NCBI GenBank assembly: GCA_951406725.2
Contig: OX597838.1
Coordinates: 23,374,001-23,438,000 of the forward strand
Direction: 5' to 3'
Source of the DNA: Octopus vulgaris
Lineage: Eukaryota
Length of the DNA stretch: 64,000 bases
Shown: in pieces, positions 1 through 10,595 of the stretch
Position numbering within the stretch: the stretch's first letter is position 1
How the letters are laid out: each line of letters starts with the position of its first letter
The notes under the pieces: generated by a model
The model's input: the letters and a program-made list of their open reading frames with translations, nothing else
The model's database searches: none
What the model was told of the DNA's origin: nothing
Position numbers and translations under genes: made by a program

Positions 1-1
1 G

Positions 2-2980
2 AGGAGGAGGAGGAGAATTAAAAAGAAGAGAAGCATGATCCCGAGTGTTTTACTGTCCCAAGTCAAACCTCCACCCAATCTCTATGGTGGATGTATTGAT
101 AATATGTTTGTTTATCTGATAGACAACAGTCATGTGTTTGCTATAAATGAGCATAACTTGGTGGAGAGAGATCATGTGGCAAACGATCAGCTTAACATGC
201 ACATTGACTTGGTAGATGTATTTTCTAGAAACATTTGTGTTAGTGAAATGTTTTCTTCAACGGTACATGTAGAGGATCTGACAGTTTCTGATAAACCTCA
301 TTATTTGGCCTATCCTCAACGTTCCCAAGGCATAGAAAAGCTAATATACAAGAATTTGGTTATTACTGAAAATAACTTGATTGCAATATTGGACGACAGT
401 GAGGCAAACATTAAGATATTAACATTTGACGGTCATCTTGTTGACTCTGTCAAAACGAATGTCGTCCCTAGATATGTGTGTCGCTGGCGATCAAACACAC
501 TGGTTATTACAACTAACAGCTCCCAGTTGCTGACATTAAAAGTGAACTTTCCATTGATGGTGACAACTTACCGGATGAAAAACGTATATAGATGTATTGC
601 TTCCTTCTCCGATAATCTATTGGTGTGTAATAGAAGTGATGATAAAAATACTTTGTTTGTCATTGACATTGATGAAATGCATTCAACTGTGAAGATAATG
701 AAAAAAATAAAAATCAATAAAATAGTGAGACACATGAACTATGACATAAACAATATTGCAGTTACGGTTAATGATGACATCATTGTCAACATTGGTGCTC
801 ATGTCGTATTCGTCAACCGTAATGGTGAATGTCTCTCTTCACTTAATCACTATTTTAATATTGATTATCAAGGCATGGGGATTGGTGACACTTATCTGTA
901 CCTTCGTGGGTTTTGCGATATATATGGTTATGATACACATGGTTATATTGCCTGTTTGTCACAGACTGGCGAATACAAAAAAGTATTTTCAAAGATGAGG
1001 GATTTTAAAGAAGATTTATATATTGGAAAATTAAATTGTAATGGTCCAAGATTTGTTGGATTTAACACTTTTCGCAGCACGAATAATTTGTATGTTGAAG
1101 GCTTGCTTAACCTCAGTCGCGAAAGATTCACTGTTACTCGTTTACAAACAGACAACTGTCCTGTTCAAGTAAAAGATATTGATATCTCTGCCAACGGACG
1201 GACAGTTGTGTGTGAAAAAGCTAACAGTGGCAATGTTAAAATATTTGATATATATAGGGAGTTTCTATGTCACAGAGATCTTCGAACTTTAGTTGGTGGT
1301 GTATGTTTTACAGAAGAAAACAATATAATGGTTACAGTCCCTAACAGACAAGAAATATTTCAACTAAGTCAACGAAATTTGGTGTTACGTAAAGTCTGGC
1401 AAAGTCCTGCACCTTTCGGTGCAATATGGAAAAAAGTGGAGAACATTTACTGTTGTGTGCATATTAATTTGACTGAATATTATAGCATAAAGATTGATGG
1501 AGACCAACTGAAGGTTCTGGATTGTGTGTCATTATCAATGCTTGATTCTGGTCTTCATTTCCCTTCCATTACATCTCAAGCGAACAAGGAAATATTCAGT
1601 AATGAATTAATTAATAAGTTGAAATACAGTGAAGGAGGAGAACGAAAACTTAAATCAGGGGAAATAGTTTGTAAAGGTAGATTGAAGGCGAGAAATGGTA
1701 ATTATATGGCAGAGAGTGTGCTGGGGACTGATCAAATAACTGTGCGGAGAATGCCATATAGAACAGCAATGTTTTCTGCTTCCATTCCTCCTTGTGATAA
1801 ACCAGTTGATTTCAATGACATCCGGAAATTAATTATGTTAGATGCTAATGTTGCTGTGTTCTTGCAAATAGATACTGTCATAGTAATTACCACAACAGGT
1901 GATGTACTTCAACATAAACAACTACAACGAAAGCCATCACCAAAAGACATATGTCGGTGGACTGATGAACAGTTCATAGTCACGTCTGGTAAACAACTGA
2001 CATTCTTCAACAGAAATCTCTCCCTTTTAAAAACCATCAACACCGAAAAATATTACAATAGAATTTATAAAAAGAATGACAATCAACTTGTGTGTGCATC
2101 TAGTTGTGCTGTATATAGAGCTGACATCCGGTTTTCATATGTAGATATAGTTGGCATTTATGGTGACACCTGTAAACACATTCGTCGAGTGTGTTGTGGG
2201 CAATATATAATCACAGCAATTGGTGTCACATCTCGTGAAGACATTGTTGTTATCAAAAAAATTTATGACTATACTGTCCTTTTCTACAGAGAACATTTGG
2301 TCAGGAGTTTAAAAGTTATGATAGAAGTAGAACCTGATCTAACTATACATGGTGAAAATGTTTATGTAACAGATTCAGTGAACGATATTCACCAAGTATC
2401 TGTGGATAGCATACAAGAAACATTTAAAGATGAGGATGAAGATCAAATATCTGCAGAGAGTGAAGATCAAATGTCTGCAGAGAATGAAGATCAAATATCT
2501 GTAGAAAGTGAAGATCAAATATCTGTAGAAAGGGAAGATCAAATATCTGAAGAGAGTGAAGATCAAACATCTGAAGAGAGTGAAGATCAAACATCTGAAG
2601 AGAGTGAAGATCAAACATCTGAAGAGAGTGAAGATCAAACATCTGAAGAGAGTGAAGATCAAACATCTGAAGAGAGTGAAGATCAAATATCTGTAGAAAG
2701 GGAAGATCAAATATCTGAAGAGAGTGAAGATCAAATGTCTGAAGAGAGTGAAGATCAAATATCTGAAGAAAGGGAAGATCAAATATCTGAAGAGAGTGAA
2801 GATCAAATATCTGAAGAGAATGAAGATGCAATACCTAACGATAGACCACATTTATTCCTCAGTGGGGATGATGTTGAAGCCATCAATGTTATTGGGCTTG
2901 CTGTTTTTGAAAATTCTGTTGTAATTTTTGGACCAGTTCATGGAAACCAGTCTTATTGTTTTTTTCATTATGAAAGATAA
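2..2980 (+). CDS. Large terminal coding exon of an NHL/beta-propeller-like repeat protein (possibly the C-terminal region of a TRIM-like protein); 5'-incomplete
   Basis: 981-aa ORF from ATG 35; the frame is also open to the window edge (RRRRRIKKKRS). Beta-strand-rich blade-like segments (e.g. DIDISANGRTVVCEKANSGNVKIFDI, GVCFTEENNIMVT) and an internal duplication (PRYVCRWRSNTLVITT vs PKDICRWTDEQFIVTS). Family assignment is by eye only. Confidence 0.7.
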   Translation, partial: RRRRRIKKKRSMIPSVLLSQVKPPPNLYGGCIDNMFVYLIDNSHVFAINEHNLVERDHVANDQLNMHIDLVDVFSRNICVSEMFSSTVHVEDLTVSDKPHYLAYPQRSQGIEKLIYKNLVITENNLIAILDDSEANIKILTFDGHLVDSVKTNVVPRYVCRWRSNTLVITTNSSQLLTLKVNFPLMVTTYRMKNVYRCIASFSDNLLVCNRSDDKNTLFVIDIDEMHSTVKIMKKIKINKIVRHMNYDINNIAVTVNDDIIVNIGAHVVFVNRNGECLSSLNHYFNIDYQGMGIGDTYLYLRGFCDIYGYDTHGYIACLSQTGEYKKVFSKMRDFKEDLYIGKLNCNGPRFVGFNTFRSTNNLYVEGLLNLSRERFTVTRLQTDNCPVQVKDIDISANGRTVVCEKANSGNVKIFDIYREFLCHRDLRTLVGGVCFTEENNIMVTVPNRQEIFQLSQRNLVLRKVWQSPAPFGAIWKKVENIYCCVHINLTEYYSIKIDGDQLKVLDCVSLSMLDSGLHFPSITSQANKEIFSNELINKLKYSEGGERKLKSGEIVCKGRLKARNGNYMAESVLGTDQITVRRMPYRTAMFSASIPPCDKPVDFNDIRKLIMLDANVAVFLQIDTVIVITTTGDVLQHKQLQRKPSPKDICRWTDEQFIVTSGKQLTFFNRNLSLLKTINTEKYYNRIYKKNDNQLVCASSCAVYRADIRFSYVDIVGIYGDTCKHIRRVCCGQYIITAIGVTSREDIVVIKKIYDYTVLFYREHLVRSLKVMIEVEPDLTIHGENVYVTDSVNDIHQVSVDSIQETFKDEDEDQISAESEDQMSAENEDQISVESEDQISVEREDQISEESEDQTSEESEDQTSEESEDQTSEESEDQTSEESEDQTSEESEDQISVEREDQISEESEDQMSEESEDQISEEREDQISEESEDQISEENEDAIPNDRPHLFLSGDDVEAINVIGLAVFENSVVIFGPVHGNQSYCFFHYER
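2438..2821 (+). repeat. Coding minisatellite, 16 x 24 bp (EDQ[ITM]S[EAV]E[SRN])
   Basis: Unit GAAGATCAAATATCTGAAGAGAGT and variants, in frame within the large ORF. Confidence 0.97.
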
Positions 2981-3282
2981 ATAGCTATATAAATTTTTAC
3001 AGTTGTTGTTGTTGTTGTTACAAATATCTGCTACCACATCTGCTGACTATCAACTATTCATTTTGCATTCTTCATTAATATGTACACACACACACACAAA
3101 TGTATATGTGCCTATATGTATATGAAAGCATGTGTACATGTATGTATGTTGGCAGGTTGGTATGTGTGTGTGTGTGTGTGTACATGTGAGTACATAAGTG
3201 GAAAACAAAGTGGAAAAAAATAGTACTCAAATACCAAAGGTAGAGTAATATGTTTTTATTAAGGCTGCAAAATTATCGCAAG

Positions 3283-3400
3283 ACCCTTGCTCAGAGTATT
3301 ACGTTCCTCTTCGTCAGACAGCCATGATGAAAGTGTTCATCACAACTGTCCAACGAATGGAAACATGAAACTCCAAGTAACAGTTTTCTGTTAATTTTGC
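3283..3400. repeat. Inverted repeat with two oppositely oriented degenerate hammerhead motifs (Penelope-like terminal remnant)
   Basis: + arm 3344-3385: aactgt-CCAACGA-atg(gaaa)cat-GAAA-ctccaag-TA-acagtt. The - arm keeps CTGACGA but has AATA in place of GAAA. Confidence 0.55.
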
Positions 3401-4539
3401 AGGTTTAATGTGTGTATATATGTGTATATCATCATCATCCTCATCACCATTTAACATGCTGGCATGGGTTGGATGGTTTGACCAGGCTGAGGGTCTGCTC
3501 TAGACTCCAGTCTGATTTGGCATGGTTTCTATAGCTGGATGCCCTTCCTAATGCCAACCACTCTGAGAGTGTAATGAGTGCTTTACTGTGCCACCAGTGA
3601 GGGTGCCAGTTGCGTGACACCCGTATCTGCTTTGATTATGATTTCACTTGGCTTCACGGGTTTTCTTTCAAGCACAGCATATTACTAAAGGCCTCGGTCA
3701 TTTGTCATTGCCTCCATGTGAAGGCACATGGCCTAGTGGTTAGAGCAGTGGACTTGTGGTCGAGGGATCACGGGTTCGAATCTCAGACCGGGTGATGTAT
3801 GTGTTTATGAGCGAAACACCTGAGCTCCACGCAGCTCTGGTAGAAGGTAATGGCGAACTTCTGCTGACTCTTTCACCACAATTTTCTCTCACTCTTTCCT
3901 CCTGCATCTTGCTGCTCATCTGCAATGGACTGGTGTCCCGTCCAGGTGGGGAACCTATACGCCAAGGAAAGCGGGAAACCGGCCCTTATGAGCAAGGGAT
4001 GGCTCGAGAAGGAACAATCATTGCCTCCATGAGGCCCAATGCTTGAAAGGTGCTTTTTACATGCCACAGACACAGGTGCAAGTTACACAACAGTGGCATC
4101 GGCCACATTACCTCCATTAAGCCCAGTGCTCAAAAGGTGCTTTTTACATGCCACAAGTGGAGGTACGTGGCTTAGTGGTTAGGGTGTTGAACTCATGATC
4201 GTAAGGTTGTGGTTTCGATTCCTGGACCGGGCGATGCATTGTGTTCTTGAGCAAAACACTTCATTTTCACATGGCTCCAGTCCACTCAGCTGGCAAAAAT
4301 GAGTAATCCTGCGACGGACTGGTGTCCCATCCAGGTGGGAAATTTCTATGCCACTGAAACTGGGAAACCGGCGCTTATGAGCCTGGCATGGCTCAAGAAG
4401 GAACATTTATAAAAAAAATTCTTTTTACATGCCACAGATATGGATACCAGTTGTGTGACACTGACAACAGCCACAACTATGATTTCACTTGGCTTCATGG
4501 ATCTTCTTAAGCATGGCATATCACCAAAGGTCTCAGTCA

Positions 4540-5250
4540 CTAGTCATTGCCTCTATGAGGTCCAATGTCTGAATATCATGTTTCACCAGCTTGTCCCATG
4601 TCTTTCTGAGTTTTAGTCTTCCACAGCTTCCCTCCACTGATAGAAATTGGCACTTCTTCACACAGCTATCCATATGCACCACATGACCATATCAATGCAG
4701 TCGTCTCTCTCGCACACCACATCTGATGCCTCTTATGCCCAACTTTTCTCTCAAAGACACTTAAACTCGATCGTACATGCACACTGACATTGCACATCCA
4801 GTGGGGTATACTAAATTCATTCTTTCAAGTTTTTACATGTTCTCTGCAGTCGTAGCCCATATTTTGCTGGTGTGTAGCATGGCTGTTCACACATAGTCAT
4901 CATAGAATCTGCCCTTCACTCTGAGGGAGAAGGCCTTTGTCACCAACAGAGGTAGGAGCTCTTTGAACTTTGCCCAGCCTTTACTTATTTTAGCAGCTAC
5001 GCTCTCAGAGCATCCATCTCCACTACTGACTTGGTCACCTAGATAATGGAAGCTAGCAATTAACTTGGCATTTGATGGAGTCTATTTTCTGTACATTTTT
5101 AGTGCTAGCTGTACTTGTGCACCTTCTACACACAGAAACTAGTCTCCCTGTTAACCTTCCTCTGATATTGCTGCACCTCTTATGTGTCCATAACTTATAC
5201 CAGGTATATCTTATGGAGTTTCTACGTACACCTTTTCTGCAGATCAAGCA
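4540..5250 (-). mobile_element. Degenerate RTE-clade LINE fragment (C-terminal ORF2)
   Basis: Broken minus-strand translation includes LREKLGIRGIRCGVRERRLH.YGHV, typical of the RTE C-terminal region. Confidence 0.65.
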
Positions 5251-5307
5251 GGGCCATCTACTTGTAGGGACTTATATATATATATATATATATATATAGA
5301 TAGATAG

Positions 5308-5810
5308 ATATGCATATATATATACATATATGTATATACCTACATATATATGTATATATACATGCATATATGGGTACAGGATCTTAAAAAAACGTTGAAC
5401 ACAATGAGAAACGAAAGCATAAAAACAAAAACATAGAAACGAAATTTTTTTCGAACAACGAAAAAAACAAACGGAGAAACGAGACCTACAAGATAAAGAA
5501 TATTCCCCTTCATCAGTTGTTCTTGTCTCATCTACTCTGCATTTCGAAGGGAAGGACAATACACGACTTTGTTGAAACAGTCCTTCCCGCAAAGCAAATT
5601 AAATAAAATTTGAGATTATGTCTCGTTTCTCTGTTTTTTTTGTTTTTTCTTTCGTTATTCAAAAAAAAAGTTCGTTTTCTATGTTTTTGTTTTTTATGTT
5701 TTCGTTTCTCATTGTGTTCAACGTTTTTTTTTATGTCCTGTACCCATATATGCGTGTATATATACATATATATGTAGGTATGTACATATATGTATGTATA
5801 TATGCATATA
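5308..5810. repeat. Long inverted repeat (arms about 5308-5485 and 5620-5810)
   Basis: gggtacagga...gttgaacacaatgagaaacgaaa... is mirrored by ...tttcgtttctcattgtgttcaac...tcctgtaccc. Confidence 0.85.
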
Positions 5811-5821
5811 TTTATATATTA

Positions 5822-6100
5822 CTAGCAGTATTGCCCGGCGTTGCTCGGGTTTGTTTCGACCCTTTAGAATTGGAATTTTTGAGAAGTAAAAACTTTTGTA
5901 TTATGTAGCTTGTTATTCTCTTTAAGTGAACATTTTTTTTCTGGTTGAAATACACCGAAAAATGGCGACACAACTTCAAAAAATCGTTAAAAAATAGGGA
6001 TTTTCATAGAAAAAAAGCACTTTTTGATGTAAATAATTTTTGGTCTTAACCTGGTCCGATTTGAATTTTTTTCTTCTCCAGGTTGGGTATAGAGGAGAAT
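5822..6100 (-). mobile_element. Helitron 3' end fragment; far boundary approximate
   Basis: Minus strand ends acaaacccgagcaacgccgggcaatactgCTAG|T (hairpin plus CTAG), nearly identical to the end of the complete copy at 56673-57068. Confidence 0.7.
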
Positions 6101-6744
6101 CACACTAGTTTGAACATGAAGTATGAAAACAGCTATAAGGTAGGAAACTCATGACCCCTTTCTGGCACGATAAACAATAAGACGCTTAATTACGAATATC
6201 ATTTGAAATCAGTTTCGCCGTTGCCGATATACCAGGATAAGATAAACTATGAAAAGAGGAGCAAACGTTTCGTCAATGATTCTTTGGAACATAAGGTCAA
6301 AGAAAACCAGTAGAAACATGTAGTGGATCTTGCATGCATGAAGTGGATTGGATCCACCATAGCCAAATTTAAATTAACACTGCAACAGAACTTTTTCCCA
6401 CGGTAGAACAATGATTTTTCTCTGACAGCAGTTTTACATTTTCCAGATGCCTTTATATAGGCCGAAATAATGTTGTAACCACTTGACCCTTTCTAACCTC
6501 TTCTACTTCACCAAAAGCTAGAATAGAGAAAACAAGATCACCAACTAAATCTATTGTTCTCAAATATATATCTATCCTTCTGGATAGATATAAAAGCAAG
6601 CACACATCAAGCAAAAACCAATCAGTCACAGTCGGTGACGACTCAACGAGTTCCGTCACATGGTGACGACTCATTGAGAATGAAGTCTGGCTGACCAGCT
6701 AGATCCTTCGGACAGAAGGAGAAATGAAGTTTACTGTCAGCAAC

Positions 6745-7515
6745 TGTGAGACAACATCCCACACCTTACAACTCTCACTAGCTCTAATTCTGTTCTCTTA
6801 CAACATCATTCTATCTCTCTCTGTAATTACTACTAAACATTGAAGAGGACACAAACACAAAATTTACTTCGCATGCTTTTGGATTTATCATAACCTGCCC
6901 ATCGAGGCAAGGTATTGTAACGTAACGGCAAATAAACATTTCCTTAAAACTTCATGCATTGTTCATCTTTCACTTCCTACAGTATGCAATTATAACAACA
7001 AAATTTTATCGTTACAAACATCACACCAAGTAAGCGAATCAATAGCGGGCAGTGAGAACAGACGGAAATCAAGAAAATGATTCCGATTTTCGGAGCTATA
7101 AGAATTCCTTGTCTTTCTCTTGATCCAAAGCGACCTGTTGTAAATCGGTTGGATCAGGGGTGGGCAAAGCGTTGACATGGACACGAGATAAGGTGTCCGC
7201 CACTGAATTATCAGTGCCCTTGATGTAACAGGTATCTGCAGTGAAATGCGAGATAAAATCGAGTGTCTGATATCTCGAGGGGAATGTTTATATGTTTTGG
7301 ATTGCAATGCGAATGTCAAGGGTTTATAATCGATGAAAATTGTGAAAATGTCGTCCATCCAAAAAGGGCGGAAAATAGTTCACAGCTAGATAAGTAGCCA
7401 GTAGCTTTGTACAAAGGTTGCTGTGTCTCATTTCTGACGGCTTCAAACGCTTGGAAAAGAAAGAAAGAAAGAGGTTGCTAAGCATTGTGGACAAATTGTT
7501 GCAATGCTGCAGCAG
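6745..7515. mobile_element. Gypsy-like LTR retrotransposon remnants: LTR-like TG...CA segment 6745-6981 and a minus-strand RNase H fragment 6990-7515
   Basis: Frameshifted minus-strand pieces FFSKRLKPSE..LLATYLAV..F..FLDGR / FTIFIDYKPLTFAL..K.SPRDIRH resemble Ty3/Gypsy RNase H; the LTR-like segment contains AATAAA. Confidence 0.6.
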
Positions 7516-7527
7516 TTCCTTATCTGA

Positions 7528-7910
7528 GTGGAGGCGCAATGGCCCAGTGGTTAGGGCAGCGGACTCGCGGTCCTAGGATCACGGTTTCGATTCCCAGACC
7601 GGGCGTTGTGAGTGTTTATCGAGCGAAGACACCTAAAGCTCCATGAGGCTCCAGCAGGGGATGGTGGTGATCCCTGCTGTACTCTTTCACCACAACTTTC
7701 TCTCACTCTTACTTCCTGTTTCTGTTGTGCCTGTATTTCAAAGGGGCCAGCCTTGTCACTCTCTGTGTCACGCTGAATATCCCCGAGAAGTACGTTAACG
7801 GTGCACACGTGTCTGTGGAGTGCTCAGCCACTTACACATTAATTTCACGAGCAGGCTGTTCCGTTGATTCGGATCAACCGGAACCCTCGTCGTCGTAACC
7901 GACAGAGTGC
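7528..7910 (+). mobile_element. tRNA-derived SINE (family C), full length; related copies near 3720-4016, 19856-20050(-), 20862-21235(-), 44584-44963(-)
   Basis: A-box TGGCCCAGTGG, B-box-like GTTTCGATTCC; 12-bp TSD TTCCTTATCTGA at 7516-7527 and 7911-7922. Confidence 0.85.
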
Positions 7911-8259
7911 TTCCTTATCTGAAGCGTCGGCCATGAGGGCAATACGTTAGAGTAACAAAAAAAAAAAAAATGATGAGGAAGGTATTAAGCGGTCGTGAGA
8001 TGCACTAAAAATAAACAGCTAAATCGCACGCGCACAAAAACTGGTGGCAGGGGTTGCATAATTGTATGAATTCCCATGAATAGAAGATAGATTCGTAAAA
8101 TTTTTCTGAAAATTCCAAAAAATAAAAATAAAGAGTCATGAGTGCGGTTGTTGTATGGATTGCTTAAACCAGAATTCCGCCGAAAACTCAATATACTGGC
8201 TATTGAGTCCCGCAACCGGTCACAAAGGCACCTAGTTAACTATGCGGCTAATAGCTATT

Positions 8260-8815
8260 CTTTTCTATTGCAGGCACAAGGCCTGAAATTTTGGGGAGGG
8301 AGCCAGTCGATTAGATCGACCCCAGTGCGTAACTGGTACTTAATTTATTGACCCCGAAAGGATGAAGGGCAAAGTCGACTTCAGCGGAATTTGAACTCAG
8401 AACGTAACGGCAGACGAAATGCTGTTAAGCATTTCGCCCAGCGTGCTAATGTTTCTTATTTCTTTATTGCCCACGGGGGGCTAAGCACAGAGAGGACAAA
8501 CACGAACAGACAAAGAGATTAAGTCGATTACATCGATCCCAGTGCGTAACTGGTACTTATTTAATCGACCCCGAAAGGATGAAGGGCAAAGTCGACCTCG
8601 GCGGAATTTGAACTCAGAACATAAAGACAGACGAAATACCTATTTCTTTACTGCCCACAAGGGGCTAAACACAGAGAGGACAAACAAGTACAGACTAACG
8701 GATTAAGTCGATTATATCGACCAAGTGCGTAACGATGAAAGGCAAAGTCGACCTCAGCGGAATTTGCACTCAGAACGTAACGGTGTGCTAACGTTTCTGC
8801 CAGCTCGCCACCTTC
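8260..8815 (-). mobile_element. Nested array of three family-B SINE units
   Basis: Repeated core gcctttcatcctttcggggtcgata...taccagttacgcactggg; Tx1-like tails join SINE head sequence at 8456/8457 and 8640/8641. Confidence 0.85.
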
Positions 8816-9055
8816 GCAGGTAATATCTATTGCGGCGAGGTGGCAGAAACGTTAGCACGCTGGGCGAAATACGTAGCCGTATTTCGTCTGCCGCACATGT
8901 GTTCATGGTAAGAATTGCTGTTTCTTGGTGTTAATATTGTTAATAACTGTTGTTTCTTGTTAAACTGTTGAATAACTTAACTGTTGGAGTTTTCAATTGA
9001 AAACACTTAGTGCTTGTGGTAGCACGCGTTGTTCATTTCCCCTTTGGGGGGAAGA

Positions 9056-10584
9056 ATGTCGTCTAGCATGGAGCCTACCGTTGGAGCAGAAATACTTGTT
9101 TCTCCTGTTGAGAGGAGGAAATACATGTCTGGCGAGGAGCCAACTACAGACAAGGAAATAGGGGTTTCCCCCGCTACAAGAAGGAATAGCAGAGAGGATA
9201 ATATATTTGATATTTTTGGAGATGTGTCTGAGAGCTCGTCAGAACTTTCACCAGAAGAGTTTCCGACTTTGCCAGAGAACAAAGGCATTGTGTCGAAGAG
9301 AATAATTGATGTGCCTAGCATCCAGATAGAACCAAAAAATGGAAAAAAAAGTTTTGCGTTGGCTGCTGGGGGTGGAACCCAGATACTGTCGACGAATAAA
9401 AGCGAAATTATGAAATACAGCAAAATGATGGAAATAACTGACAACGGTGTGAAAATTGAACCTCCGCAAAAGTTATTACAGGAAGAAAAGCAAAAAACAA
9501 TAATTTTCAAAACATATTGTCTACAAAAAAGAAAAATTGAAAGAATGTCAGAAGAGAAAATAGAAAAGTGCTTAAAGCCAATATTGGGCGACGTAGTATT
9601 TCTGAGAAGAGGAAAAAAATTCGGAACGGTGGAAGTAAGGTTCACCAATAAAGAAATAGCACACAAGAACTCAGTTGAAACGTTGAAAACGAACGACGTG
9701 GAGTTAATCCCCTATTATATGGGGATGAGGACGTCGCGAATAAAAATTACAAGGGTCCCGCCAGAGGTCGAACCTATGTGGTTGTTGGCGGCAGTCCTAA
9801 TCAAAGAGGTAGAAAAAATTACTCTCCTCCAGGCTACCGCTACGGAAAACCCACGCTGGGATGGTCAAACAATTAATCTTCTCATTCAAGCGGACCCTAA
9901 AATAATTCAAACAATTCCTGAGACAATTGAGGTAGGGGAGGAGAACCTCGTGGTGTTTGTTGAGGGCCGAAAACCTTGATGTTTTTTATGTGGTCAATTA
10001 GGCCACATTCGAAGGAACTGCAAGGAAAATGAAGAAGAGGAGGAAGAGGAGAAAAAGACAAAGAGGAAGAAGATAAAGAAGAAACAGATGAGAAAAAAAC
10101 AACAAACAAAAGAAAAATACAACCAGCAACCCAGCCGAGAGCGGCGACTACTACAGAACAACGACCAAAAAAGACTGCCAGAAGAGAAAAAGAAGAAAAA
10201 GGCATAATAGCCGTATACACTAAAGATACTGAGCTCATGAGAGACATTCAACTCATAAAGACTGTAAAAAAAATTGATAACCTTTCAGAGGAATTTATCA
10301 ATTACGACATATATGAAGTCTCAAATAAGACTTATAGAATTCTACAAAATAAGTACAGAAAGACTGTATCTTCATTGAGATTAGATTTTAACAAGTCGAT
10401 ATTTCATGGATTACCAGCTCCGATCCCGCGAGAAAAGGAAAAGGTGGAGATTCCCCCTCCACCTGATAATTCTGTGTCGGTGGTGAGACGGGATTTTGAC
10501 AAATCTATTTCCCAAGACCGTCCACCTCCGACCCTGGATCAAAAAAAGGTGGAGGGTCCCCCTCCACCGGACAATCCTAATTAA
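9056..10584 (+). pseudogene. Tx1 ORF1 (gag-like, CCHC zinc knuckle), interrupted
   Basis: VFVEGRKP*CFLCGQLGHIRRNC: TGA at 9977-9979 (probably from CGA) immediately precedes CX2CX4HX4C; a frameshift in the Lys/Glu-rich tract leads into the 10237-10584 segment. Confidence 0.8.
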
Positions 10585-10595
10585 ACAGGTAAGTG

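Noticed and set aside
2438-2821. CRISPR-like regular repeats
   Set aside because: Contiguous tandem units with no unique spacers; eukaryotic context, no cas genes
2375-2851. Antisense ORFs with LQIFDLHS / FRYLIFTL repeats
   Set aside because: Shadow frames of the 24-bp coding repeat
5495-5570. Type II hammerhead on the minus strand (ttcccttcGAAA...CTGATGAagggga)
   Set aside because: Stems I and III and the cleavage triplet could not be formed
7531-7605. Possible tRNA gene
   Set aside because: tRNA-like head continues into a SINE body with a TSD; the same applies to the other A/B-box hits
9977-9979. Programmed TGA readthrough before the ORF1 zinc knuckle
   Set aside because: More simply a CGA-to-TGA mutation in a copy that has several other disabling lesions
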